A DNA stretch of 64,000 bases from Halarcobacter sp. (lineage in GTDB: Bacteria; Campylobacterota; Campylobacteria; Campylobacterales; Arcobacteraceae): positions 960,001 through 1,024,000 of the forward strand of contig OY781089.1 in NCBI GenBank assembly GCA_963676565.1, read 5' to 3'. This document shows, piece by piece, positions 10,230 through 19,882 of the stretch. The translations under genes and the position numbers were made by a program. Each line of letters starts with the position of its first letter. The stretch's first letter is position 1. A model generated the notes under the pieces. That model saw only the letters and a program-made list of their open reading frames with translations, made no database searches and was not told where the DNA came from.

Positions 10230-10343
10230 TCAAACTAATTAAACGGACGTTTCCCCACATCAAATATTAACTATAAAACACCACCTTTTTTCTGTGCAAT
10301 ATCGGTAAAAATAAATGGGTTTTTGTAGTTATAGTATATCTAC

Positions 10344-10377
10344 TAGAACTTGGAATCTTGTAGAACTTGGAATCTTG
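10344..10377. repeat. Perfect 17-bp tandem duplication
   Basis: TAGAACTTGGAATCTTG twice (10344-10360, 10361-10377). Confidence 0.95.
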
Positions 10378-10396
10378 AAAGTTCCAAATATTACAG

Positions 10397-10440
10397 GTTG
10401 TTGAACACTCGTTATTTTCAACTTCCTATCACGTTATAGC
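10397..10440 (+). mobile_element. attI-like integron recombination site remnant
   Basis: GTTGTTGAACACTC-GTTATTT followed by a second GTTATAG core; pattern resemblance only, no intI in the window. Confidence 0.35.
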
Positions 10441-10612
10441 TCAACATTTGATATTTCTATGATCTTTTTATTACTATCTCTTATTATTATGATACACTGA
10501 ATGTAATCTCAAATACTCAATCTGTATTTGACTTCGTTTTTATAATCCGTTAAAAACTCTATAACTACATCTAAAGCTTAGATCTATAACCGATAAAGAG
10601 AGAACTGACGCA

Positions 10613-11467
10613 ATGAAAACAATTTTCAGTATACTTGAAAAACGTACTCCAAAAACCATTACAAAACTTTCATTTGTTTTGATATTGATTCTGGGTGTTA
10701 TGCAATTTTTATTTAGGGAAACCGTCACAATCGCACCGCTTTATATTTTTCCAATCCTTTTCAGTAGCTGGTACGGCTCCAAGATAACCGGTATATTATC
10801 GGCTTTTTTGTCCACACTGGTCTTCGTCGTTATTGAAACGACCTATAACCGTGTACTTCCTACTTTTAACGAGCTGCTGCTTTTAAGTGCTCCCTATCTC
10901 ACAGCCTACGTGCTGTTGGCCATTTTGATCATCAATTTCCGGGATGTGCACCGCATAGAAGTGTATGCAGCTGATACCGACAATTTAACAGGGCTTCACA
11001 GTGCTAGAAGTTTCTATGTGGAACTTGCCAATGAACTACTGCGTTCAAAACGTTACGATCACGTATTTTCATTAGCCTATCTAGATGTAGATAATTTTAA
11101 GAGCATCAATGATTCACTCGGTCATAGAGAAGGAGACAAACTTTTGAAAGAGGTGGCTAATTGTCTGGTCTCATCGCTTAGGGGTACTGATGTCATTGCG
11201 AGACTCGACGGTGACGAATATGCTTGTCTGTTACCAGAAACAAATCAGGAAAAGGCGAAATTGGCGTTTTTAAAAACCGTCGATCTGCTGAATAAGAGAA
11301 TGGCAAAAAACAGATGGGATGTAAGCTTCAGCATCGGCGTCATGGCATTTGAAAATATTCCGGAAGATATTAAAGAAGCGATCGATCTTGCCGATAAATT
11401 GATGTATTCGGTAAAGAACGACAATAAAGACAATATTGCCTATCAGGTATATCAAGTAAAAGGCTGA
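10613..11467 (+). CDS. Membrane GGDEF-domain protein with degenerate active site (DGDEY)
   Basis: About 4 TMs, then DNLTGL, DVDNFKSIND, RGTD I-site and ARLDGDEY; visibly higher GC than flanks. Confidence 0.85.
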   Translation: MKTIFSILEKRTPKTITKLSFVLILILGVMQFLFRETVTIAPLYIFPILFSSWYGSKITGILSAFLSTLVFVVIETTYNRVLPTFNELLLLSAPYLTAYVLLAILIINFRDVHRIEVYAADTDNLTGLHSARSFYVELANELLRSKRYDHVFSLAYLDVDNFKSINDSLGHREGDKLLKEVANCLVSSLRGTDVIARLDGDEYACLLPETNQEKAKLAFLKTVDLLNKRMAKNRWDVSFSIGVMAFENIPEDIKEAIDLADKLMYSVKNDNKDNIAYQVYQVKG

Positions 11468-11495
11468 AAAACAGCCAAAAAGACAAGGAGTCTTT

Positions 11496-11951
11496 ATGAT
11501 TAACTCAAAACATATCAGTGAAACAATAAGCGGGATTGTATATGGTCTTATTAGTCTATCGCTCGGACTTATCAGCCTCACGATGATAGGCACTGCCCTT
11601 TATGAAATATGGACTTCACTACACGAGAAGATACTGCTGGCTAAAGCCCTGCTAGACGCCGTTGGATTTATTGTGATCGGAGCGGCTGTATTTGACGTCT
11701 CGAAGTTTCTGCTAGAAGAGGAAGTACTTAAAATCCATGGTGAGGAAACAAATTTGAAACAGAGAACCACGTTAATCAAATTTCTCATCATAATTACCAT
11801 TGCCGTTTCACTGGAAGCTTTGGTATTCGTTTTTACCGCAGCAAAACAAGATATTAGTCTGTTGGTCTACCCAACCTTTTTACTTCTAACCGCTGTTATG
11901 CTGGTAATCGGCTTGGGGGGCTACCAGAAAATGACCCGCGAGGAAAAGTGA
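11496..11951 (+). CDS. Four-TM membrane protein (PsiE-like?)
   Basis: Four hydrophobic segments, AGGAG RBS, higher GC. Confidence 0.65.
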   Translation: MINSKHISETISGIVYGLISLSLGLISLTMIGTALYEIWTSLHEKILLAKALLDAVGFIVIGAAVFDVSKFLLEEEVLKIHGEETNLKQRTTLIKFLIIITIAVSLEALVFVFTAAKQDISLLVYPTFLLLTAVMLVIGLGGYQKMTREEK

Positions 11952-12043
11952 GTATAACCATTAAACCATTATTGTTACCAAGGATTCTATTAAAACTTTA
12001 AAGTATAAGAATCATTCAGATAAAAAAAGACAGTACCCTTGTT

Positions 12044-12085
12044 ACATAACAAATCAAAGGAGATCAATCATTTTAAACGTTATAC
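12044..12085 (+). mobile_element. Truncated attC-like site
   Basis: ACATAAC-AAATCAAAGGAGATCAATCATTTTAAAC-GTTATAC: AAC...GTT cores with imperfect inner arms, and shorter than typical attC sites. Confidence 0.45.
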
Positions 12086-12353
12086 GCACACCTGTATCTC
12101 TATCCAATAACCTCTTACTTTTTGAGAAGTTCTGAAAACAATAAGCTTTTCCCAAATAGACTTGAAATTTGGAACATGCTCCAAAAAGAACAGAGACTGT
12201 GAAAGAAGTAACTCCATATTTACTAAAAAGACCCGAGTTTAAAAATAAAATATTTCTAATTTATATACACTAGCTTAGTACAAAGATTTTAATAAATCTG
12301 TTATATCTTATAGTTTAGTTTGAATATATTGATTAAAACAGATATACTTTAAT

Positions 12354-13235
12354 ATGAAACATAAAATTGAAGACAAATTATTTTCTGTTATTAATGCTAT
12401 TCCAAATCCAGTAATTGTCATAAGCTGTGATAAATTACAGAGTGTAAATAGTTCTTTTTTAGAATTTTTTGGAGTTAAGTCCATAAAAGAATTTAATAAA
12501 ACTCATGACTGTATATCTAAACTTTTTGTACAAAATAATAGTTTTTTCACACTTACTGATGAAATAGAGGAACAATACTGGACTGATTACCTATTTATGC
12601 ATCCAGAAGTCAAACGAATTGTATCTATTCTGAATTTAGATAATCAAATGATTGATTTTGAACTAACCATTAAAAAAATAGAAAATAAGTCAGAATATAT
12701 TATTGTATTTAATGATATTACTTTATTTATTGCCCAAAAAAATGAGTATAAATATTTTGCATATCATGACCATCTCACAAAGATATATAATAGACAAATA
12801 TTTGATGAGCTATTTTTAAAAGAGATTGAGAATAAAAAAAGATACAAAGATCATTTGTCTATTCTTTTATTAGATATAGATCACTTTAAAAAAGTCAATG
12901 ATAATTATGGACATCATATTGGAGATTTAACACTGATTGCATTAACTAAGCTTATTAGTAAATATCTTCGTATTAATGACATTTTTGCTAGATGGGGTGG
13001 AGAAGAATTTATCATACTATTACCTAGAACACGAATTGATGCTGCATATACTAAAGCTCAGGAAATACGTGAATTAATTGAATCCCATGTTGATAAAGAA
13101 CTCCCTCAAGTTACAATGAGTATTGGTGTAACTGAAGTTAATGAATCTGATACTACAAAGACATGTTTACAACGTGTAGATAAAGCTTTATATCTTGCAA
13201 AAGAAAAACGTAATGATGTTGTAAAGGTAATTTAG
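12354..13235 (+). CDS. PAS-like/GGDEF diguanylate cyclase
   Basis: DHLTKIYNR, DIDHFKKVND, RWGGEEF. Confidence 0.9.
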   Translation: MKHKIEDKLFSVINAIPNPVIVISCDKLQSVNSSFLEFFGVKSIKEFNKTHDCISKLFVQNNSFFTLTDEIEEQYWTDYLFMHPEVKRIVSILNLDNQMIDFELTIKKIENKSEYIIVFNDITLFIAQKNEYKYFAYHDHLTKIYNRQIFDELFLKEIENKKRYKDHLSILLLDIDHFKKVNDNYGHHIGDLTLIALTKLISKYLRINDIFARWGGEEFIILLPRTRIDAAYTKAQEIRELIESHVDKELPQVTMSIGVTEVNESDTTKTCLQRVDKALYLAKEKRNDVVKVI

Positions 13236-13388
13236 TTTTCTATAAAGATGAAAATATATAGACACTCTTTATGATTTATCGATTTAAAAAAGAGACTTTA
13301 AAAGAGAAAGGGCTTAAAAATATATTGATTGAGAAGCAATTTACTAGTAATGTTTTTTTTTGAGTTAGTTCAAGAAAGGTTATAAATT

Positions 13389-14714
13389 ATGCAATCAAAT
13401 CACTCTACATTTAATAGAAAACGTATGTTTATTACACTAAGAAAATTTATTAGTGCTAAATCATTTGGTGGGATGATACTTTTTTTATCTGCAATTATCG
13501 CAATGGTACTGGCAAATAGTACTTATTCTGAATTTTATTTTGATATTTTAAATGCTCCATTTGTTACTGGGGTTTCGTTTTTTCTCCTTAATATGGATTT
13601 GAAAACTTGGGTAAATGATGGACTTATGACAATCTTTTTCTTATTGGCTGGTCTTGAGATAAAACGTGAAGTTTTAATAGGTGAGCTTTCATCCTTTAGA
13701 CTTGCAGCCTTTCCTATAATTGGAGCAATAGGTGGAATAATTGTGCCTGCTTTGATATATATAGTATTTAATTTAAATGAAAATATGCAAGGTTTTGGAA
13801 TTCCTATGGCTACAGATATTGCCTTTACATTAGCTATATTGATGTTATTTGGAAATAGAATACCAATAGCTTTAAAACTATTCTTAATCACTTTAGCTGT
13901 AACTGATGATATTGGTGCAGTACTTGTTATAGCTCTTTTTTATACACAATCAATAAATATCTTAGGTCTTATATTGGCTATTTTTACAATTTTAGTACTG
14001 ATCTTGTTAAATAAAAAAGATGTGAAATCCCTTTTGCCATATTTGCTTTTAGGTTTTATACTTTGGATTTTTTTCCATTTATCAGGGATACATACTTCAA
14101 TTTCAGGAATTATATTGGCTTTTACAATTCCTATTACAGCATCAATAAGGACAAAAGACTTTGTGAGAAGAATGAAGTTTAGATTAAATTATTTTGAGAA
14201 ACTTGAAGAGTCTAAGCATGAAAAAATATTATCACATAAACAAATAGGGGTCTTAGATGTGATAGGGAATACTTATGATTCAGTGCAATCTCCCCTGATT
14301 CGATTAGAACATAATATAATACCTATTAGTACATTCATTATTATGCCTATTTTTGCTTTTTTTAATGCTGGTGTTAGCTTATCTAGTATATCAATTTCAC
14401 TTTTTCATCCAATAAGTTTAGGGATTGTTTTAGGTTTAGTAGTTGGTAAACCTTTGGGGATCTTTTTGGCTGTTTATATGGCTGATTATTTTAAAATAGC
14501 TAAGAAACCAGATATTTTACGTTGGGTAGATATTTTTGGTGTTAGTCTACTAGGGGGTGTTGGTTTTACAATGTCAATATTTATAAGTGGTGTGGCATTT
14601 GAAAATCAAGAGTTTGTTGATCTTGCTAAACTATCTGTAATAATTGGTTCAATTTTAAGCGCATTATTTGCAGTTTTCTGGTTATTTTTTTATAGAAATA
14701 AAAATCTAATTTGA
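13389..14714 (+). CDS. nhaA: Na+/H+ antiporter NhaA
   Basis: WVNDGLM, GLEIKRE, PMATDIAF, LAVTDD, GKPLG, GFTMSIFI. Confidence 0.95.
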   Translation: MQSNHSTFNRKRMFITLRKFISAKSFGGMILFLSAIIAMVLANSTYSEFYFDILNAPFVTGVSFFLLNMDLKTWVNDGLMTIFFLLAGLEIKREVLIGELSSFRLAAFPIIGAIGGIIVPALIYIVFNLNENMQGFGIPMATDIAFTLAILMLFGNRIPIALKLFLITLAVTDDIGAVLVIALFYTQSINILGLILAIFTILVLILLNKKDVKSLLPYLLLGFILWIFFHLSGIHTSISGIILAFTIPITASIRTKDFVRRMKFRLNYFEKLEESKHEKILSHKQIGVLDVIGNTYDSVQSPLIRLEHNIIPISTFIIMPIFAFFNAGVSLSSISISLFHPISLGIVLGLVVGKPLGIFLAVYMADYFKIAKKPDILRWVDIFGVSLLGGVGFTMSIFISGVAFENQEFVDLAKLSVIIGSILSALFAVFWLFFYRNKNLI

Positions 14715-15174
14715 GTGATTTGTATAAAGAATCTATTTTTTAATAGAATACTCTTTAGATACATTAAGTAAAAATACAATTTATATGATATAGTTATAAA
14801 GTCCTATTTAAAGCGACTTATAGTTACTAGCAGGCTTCACATTAAAAAGAGATAGCATATCACCCGATCATTTAAAATAAAACTTCTAACGCTTCCTCAC
14901 AAATTACGAATACTTTTATAATTCATTTTAAACATGCACAACCTCTTATATTTGGAGCACAAAATATTAAAATTAATTTTCCGTGTTCCACAAAGTGTTC
15001 AAAAAATGAAAAATACAAATTCTCACATATCTTTAAAAGATTTGGAGCATAGAATGTAGACCTTTATTGTAATATTTTAGACTAAAACACACAAGAAGAA
15101 ATAAAAGCACTAAATATCAAAGAAGAGCAAGAGTATTCATTGGAAAGATTTATTAGTGAGGTAAAAGTTATAAA

Positions 15175-15417
15175 CTAACAAGAAGTTTGTGGCTTTTTAC
15201 CATTTACTTTTATAATTTTATCAAGTCTTATTTCTATTCCATTATCAAGTATCATAAACTCTTCTTTATTTAAAGTTCTAAAATCAACTATAAAATCTTC
15301 AAGTTCATTTTGAGTATGTCCATTTTGATATAAAATCTTTGTTTTTACTTTTTTTACTGCTAAGGCTTCCAATTCATCATAAAAATAGCAACTTATAGGT
15401 TTATATTTTTCATCCAT
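15175..15417 (-). CDS. Rho-binding antiterminator Rof/YaeO-like protein
   Basis: YKPISCYFYDELE and IRLDKI resemble E. coli Rof (YQPINCDDYDNLE, LRLDKI). Confidence 0.75.
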   Translation of the reverse strand: MDEKYKPISCYFYDELEALAVKKVKTKILYQNGHTQNELEDFIVDFRTLNKEEFMILDNGIEIRLDKIIKVNGKKPQTSC

Positions 15418-15568
15418 ATTTTAATCCTTTAAAAAGAAGATTATACCACGTATAATCATTTAATAGGTTACAAAAAATAATCATTACTAAAAGATTGAAA
15501 CTAACTAACTTTTTGAAGAGAATTACTACAAAAATTATGTTATTTTAAAAGAAAACAAAGGATAAATT

Positions 15569-16249
15569 ATGGCATGGGTTATTGGTGATGTTCATGGTTG
15601 CATCAAGACTTTAAAAGCCTTATTAAATAAAATACCAAAAGATGAAAAAATCATATTTGCAGGTGACTTGATGGACAGAGGTCCAAACTCAAGGGAAGTT
15701 ATCCAATTAATAAAAGAAAACAATTACGATTGTGTAAGAGGAAACCATGAAGTAGCTATGTGTGATGTTATTTTAGATTTACTTGCGGATAACTCCTTAG
15801 TGAAAACTTCATATTGGGTGAACACTTGGGGAGGATTAGAAACACTTAAAAGTTATAATAATGCAAGAAAAGAAGAAGTGATATCAGATGTAGAGTGGCT
15901 TGAAAGCTTACCTTACTATATAGAGTATAAAGATATCAAAAATGAAGACGGAAGATATTTGGTAGTTAGTCATTCAAGTATAGGTGATGTTTGGGAGATG
16001 AGAAATTTAGATAAAGATAGTTTTGAGTATCAAGATTTTATTGCTCAAGTTACAAATAATAGAATCAATCACCCAAAAGATATAAAAGAGATTTATAATA
16101 TCCATGGGCATACACCACATAAAGAGGCATTGATAACAGATTATTATGCTGATGCAGATACAGGAGCTTGTTATGAAAAGTTGGGTGTCTTAACTGCTAT
16201 TGAGTTTCCAAGTTTAAAAACAATTAGCCAAGAAAATATTGATAACTAA
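15569..16249 (+). CDS. PPP-family metallophosphoesterase (PrpA-like)
   Basis: GDVHG, GDLMDRG, RGNHE, HGHTP, DTG. Confidence 0.88.
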   Translation: MAWVIGDVHGCIKTLKALLNKIPKDEKIIFAGDLMDRGPNSREVIQLIKENNYDCVRGNHEVAMCDVILDLLADNSLVKTSYWVNTWGGLETLKSYNNARKEEVISDVEWLESLPYYIEYKDIKNEDGRYLVVSHSSIGDVWEMRNLDKDSFEYQDFIAQVTNNRINHPKDIKEIYNIHGHTPHKEALITDYYADADTGACYEKLGVLTAIEFPSLKTISQENIDN

Positions 16250-16267
16250 AAATGTGAAAGTAGAAAA

Positions 16268-18256
16268 TTAAATTTTTTCTACTTTTACTGCGCTATGGTT
16301 ATAATCAGGTTCAAATGATTCTTTATCATAAAGATCAATTGTTAGATAATTTACATCTCTGTTGCTTACTGGAATAAAGATACATTTTTCTCTAATATCT
16401 TTTGTAATCAATGCTTTTGAAACAATTTCACCTCTTGAGGAACTAATTTTAATCTCTTCCCCATCAACTATTCCTAATTCCATTGCATCAACTGGATTAA
16501 TTTCACAAAAATTTAACTCTTTATATCTTAACAAAGTTTTTGGAAGATTGGTTTTTGTACCGCTGTGCCATTGGTCTCTTGTTCGACCTGTTAAAAGTGT
16601 AAATGGATACTTTAATGATGTTTTTTCACTAAGAAGTTTATTTTCCACGAAAAATAGATTTGCTTTTTTATCAGGTGTTAAAAACTCTTTTTTTGAAATT
16701 ATATCTTCTCCCCAAATGAATGGTTTGGCATTTATTTCATCATAATTTGCTTCATGAATATTCATATGGTCACTTAATTTTGTCATCTCTTGATACTCCT
16801 CAAAAATCTCTTTAGGAGTGGTATAATTAAATGTATGCCCAAACCCTAAACCTTGTGCAATCAATTGGAAAATTTCCCAATCAGCTTTGCAATCTATTGA
16901 AGTTCTAGTTAGTTTTTCTTGCTTTGTGATTGTTCTATCTAAGTTTGTTTGAGTTCCCTCTTTTTCTCCCCATGGAGCAGCAGGAAGTCTTATATGGGCA
17001 AATTTTGCAGTCTCTGAATTTTCATAGGCGTTTATTTCAACTACCATGGGAATTTTTTTAATTAACTCTTCCATTTTATTTCTATTTGGAAGATGATATA
17101 TTGGGTCAGTGTGGCAAATTATCAAAATATCTAGATTCGCTTCAAGCATTTGAGTTGCTGTTAGTCCGGGTTTATTATCTATAGTTTTAGTTCCCCAAAA
17201 CTTTGAAACCTTTTCAATGGAATCTTTATCAAAACCAAAATGCACTGCAAGCATAGTTGATAATCCACCAACTTCTCTTCCTCCCATTGCATTTGGTTGA
17301 CCTGTTAGAGAAAAAGGGCCATTCCCCTCTTTAAATATTTTCCCCGTTAAAAGATGGGTATTTATTAGTGCTAGATTTTTATCAACACCTTGAACCGATT
17401 GATTTAATCCCATTGTCCAAGCAGTAATAATATTTTCACTATTTTTATAAATCTCCCAGAACTCATCAAATTCATCTTGTGTTAAGCCCGTTCTTTTTAA
17501 CATCTTAGTAACAGGGACTCTTTTAAATTTATTTTTCAATAGCTCAAAATTGTTTACATATTTTTCAATGAACTCTTCATTTGCAAAACCTTCATCAATA
17601 ATTCTTTTTGACAATAAATTAAAAAAATCAATATCACTTCCAGGTTTTATTGCTAGGTGTAAGTCAGCTAATTTAGCAGTATCAGTTTCCCTTGGATCAA
17701 TAACAACTATTTGAAGACCTTTTTTCTTAGCTTTTTTTATTCTATTGTGAAATACAACATGGGCTTCTGCTGTGTTTGCACCTGCTAATATTAAAAGATT
17801 TGCTTTTTCAACATCTTCCATTCTCACTGGTACAAAGTCTGCTCCAAAGGCTTTTTTATGTGCAACAACAGCACTTGCCATACATGTTCTACTATTTGTA
17901 TCAATATTATTTGTTCCTAAAAAACCTTTAACAAGTTTATTAGCAATATAATAATCCTCTGTTAAAAGTTGCCCTGATAAATAAAACCCTATTTTATTTT
18001 TTGGAGTCTGTTTCATCTTATTAACAATTGATTCAATTGCTTTTTCCCAGTTGGTTATTTTATATTCATTATTTATATCATTTCTTATGTGTGGTCTTAG
18101 AAGTCTTGTTGGTGTTTCTATACTTATTAATTCACTAACACCCTTTGAACAAAGTTTCCCTTCGTTTATAGGATAAGTAACATCTCCAACAAGGTTATTT
18201 GTATCAAACTCTATTCCACACCCAACACCACAGTATCCACAAACTGATTTAATCAT
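16268..18256 (-). CDS. Assimilatory nitrate reductase catalytic subunit (NasA/NarB-like molybdoenzyme)
   Basis: CGYCGVGC...LC 4Fe-4S motif, SRTCMAS Mo ligand, GQPNAMGGRE, TGRTRDQWH; ATG 18256 follows an AAGGTG RBS. Confidence 0.9.
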   Translation of the reverse strand: MIKSVCGYCGVGCGIEFDTNNLVGDVTYPINEGKLCSKGVSELISIETPTRLLRPHIRNDINNEYKITNWEKAIESIVNKMKQTPKNKIGFYLSGQLLTEDYYIANKLVKGFLGTNNIDTNSRTCMASAVVAHKKAFGADFVPVRMEDVEKANLLILAGANTAEAHVVFHNRIKKAKKKGLQIVVIDPRETDTAKLADLHLAIKPGSDIDFFNLLSKRIIDEGFANEEFIEKYVNNFELLKNKFKRVPVTKMLKRTGLTQDEFDEFWEIYKNSENIITAWTMGLNQSVQGVDKNLALINTHLLTGKIFKEGNGPFSLTGQPNAMGGREVGGLSTMLAVHFGFDKDSIEKVSKFWGTKTIDNKPGLTATQMLEANLDILIICHTDPIYHLPNRNKMEELIKKIPMVVEINAYENSETAKFAHIRLPAAPWGEKEGTQTNLDRTITKQEKLTRTSIDCKADWEIFQLIAQGLGFGHTFNYTTPKEIFEEYQEMTKLSDHMNIHEANYDEINAKPFIWGEDIISKKEFLTPDKKANLFFVENKLLSEKTSLKYPFTLLTGRTRDQWHSGTKTNLPKTLLRYKELNFCEINPVDAMELGIVDGEEIKISSSRGEIVSKALITKDIREKCIFIPVSNRDVNYLTIDLYDKESFEPDYNHSAVKVEKI

Positions 18257-18341
18257 TATATACACCTTATAAATATATTATACATTCATTTTTCTATAGA
18301 GATTATTATAGGATTAATTTTATGAAAAATTAAGAATTAAA

Positions 18342-18357
18342 TGTATATAAAATATAC
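18342..18357. promoter_or_regulatory. GTAT-N7-ATAC palindrome in the nitrate reductase/nrtA divergent promoter
   Basis: TGTATATAAAATATAC, 15/16 identical to the copy upstream of nirB. Confidence 0.65.
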
Positions 18358-18437
18358 TTTTTAATGGTAAAATAATGTTTGTTTTGTGTTAGAATCTTCA
18401 TATTAAAACCAAATAAAGGTAAATTTAAGGAGAGTTC

Positions 18438-19820
18438 ATGTTAAAACAGGTATTAAAAATTGGTTTAGGTGTTTCTGTTGTAGCTTCTACATTGTTAGCA
18501 GCTCCAGAGAAAACAAAATTAAAAATTGGTTTTATTGCACTTACTGACTGTGCACCATTAGTTATTGCAAAAGAAAAAGGTTTTTTCAAAGCTGAAGGAC
18601 TTGATGTTCACGTTGCAAAAGAGGGTGGTGGATGGCCAGGTATCCAGCAAAAGGTTATCAATGGAGAGTATGACTTTTCACATGCTTTAGCTGGTATGCC
18701 AATTGCTGCAACACTTGGAATTAACGGAAATGCTAACTTACAAGCACTTTTATCACTTGATTTTAATGGTAATGCAATTACTTATGGTAATGACATTATT
18801 GATAAAATGAAAGAGTATGGACTTGAAGAGACAAAAAGACCTGTTTCAGCTGAATCTCTAAAAAAATATATTGATGCAAAAAGAGCAAAAGAGGGGGATA
18901 ATTATCAACCACTTAACTTTGGTATGGTTCACCCAGTTTCAACACACAATTATGAATTAAGATATTGGATGGCTGGTTCTGGAATCAAACCAGACCAAGA
19001 TTGTACAATTAAACCTTTCCCTCCACCAACAATGCCTTCAAACTTAATTGCTGGAAACATTGAAGGATATTGTGTAGGAGAGCCATGGAACTCAAGAATT
19101 GTACTTAAAGGTAAAGGTTCAGCACTTGTAACTAACTACGATATTTGGAACAATAATCCAGAAAAAGTTTTACAAGCAAGAGCAGACTTTGTTGAAAAAT
19201 ATCCAGAAACTACAAAAGCAGTTATGAGAGCAGTTATTAAAGCTCAAATGTGGTTAGATAAGTCTTGGGAAAATAGAGAAGAAGCTATTGGTTATTTAGC
19301 TCAAAAGAATTATGTAAAAGCTCCAAAAAATGTACTTAGAAAATCTATGTCTGGAACTTTCCTTTATAATAAAGGTGTAGATTCTGCAAACCCAATGTTT
19401 AATGTATTTGCTAACTATTATGCATCTTATCCATTCTATTCTCATGGTATGTGGTTTATTACTCAAATGTATAGATGGGGACAACTTGATAAGCCAGTTG
19501 ATATGAAAGCAACTATTGAAAAAGTCTATAGACCAGACCTTTTTGAAGAAGTTGCAAAAGAGGTAGGATATACATTACCACCAAGTGCTTGGAAAAAAGA
19601 TGGTGTTGATGAATATAATAAATTTATTGATGGAAAAGTTTGGGATCCAAACAAAGCTGTAGATTATATTTATGACTTTGATGTTCAAAACTCTTTAGTA
19701 TCAAAAGAAGATTTAGCAAAAGCAAATAAATGGACAGTTGAAACTAAACAACCTGCATATGTTTGTCCTTATGGGCCAGCTGGATGTGCTGATGAAAAAT
19801 ATGTAATAAAAGGTAAATAA
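18438..19820 (+). CDS. nrtA: Nitrate ABC transporter substrate-binding protein (NrtA/CmpA family)
   Basis: Signal peptide, [19 protein letters not shown]. Confidence 0.9.
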   Translation: MLKQVLKIGLGVSVVASTLLAAPEKTKLKIGFIALTDCAPLVIAKEKGFFKAEGLDVHVAKEGGGWPGIQQKVINGEYDFSHALAGMPIAATLGINGNANLQALLSLDFNGNAITYGNDIIDKMKEYGLEETKRPVSAESLKKYIDAKRAKEGDNYQPLNFGMVHPVSTHNYELRYWMAGSGIKPDQDCTIKPFPPPTMPSNLIAGNIEGYCVGEPWNSRIVLKGKGSALVTNYDIWNNNPEKVLQARADFVEKYPETTKAVMRAVIKAQMWLDKSWENREEAIGYLAQKNYVKAPKNVLRKSMSGTFLYNKGVDSANPMFNVFANYYASYPFYSHGMWFITQMYRWGQLDKPVDMKATIEKVYRPDLFEEVAKEVGYTLPPSAWKKDGVDEYNKFIDGKVWDPNKAVDYIYDFDVQNSLVSKEDLAKANKWTVETKQPAYVCPYGPAGCADEKYVIKGK

Positions 19821-19845
19821 TAAAGAACAATTTCTTGTTCTTTAT
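19820..19845 (+). terminator. Intra-operon hairpin after nrtA
   Basis: ATAAAGAACAA-TTTC-TTGTTCTTTAT. Confidence 0.55.
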
Positions 19846-19882
19846 CCTAATAGGACAAGAGTTTAATTAAGAAGGTAAATTT

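Noticed and set aside
10344..10377. Possible CRISPR repeat
   Set aside because: Two adjacent 17-bp copies with no spacer and no cas genes.
18365..18378. Sigma54-like TGGTAAAATAATGT upstream of nrtA
   Set aside because: It has GT rather than the conserved GC at -12.
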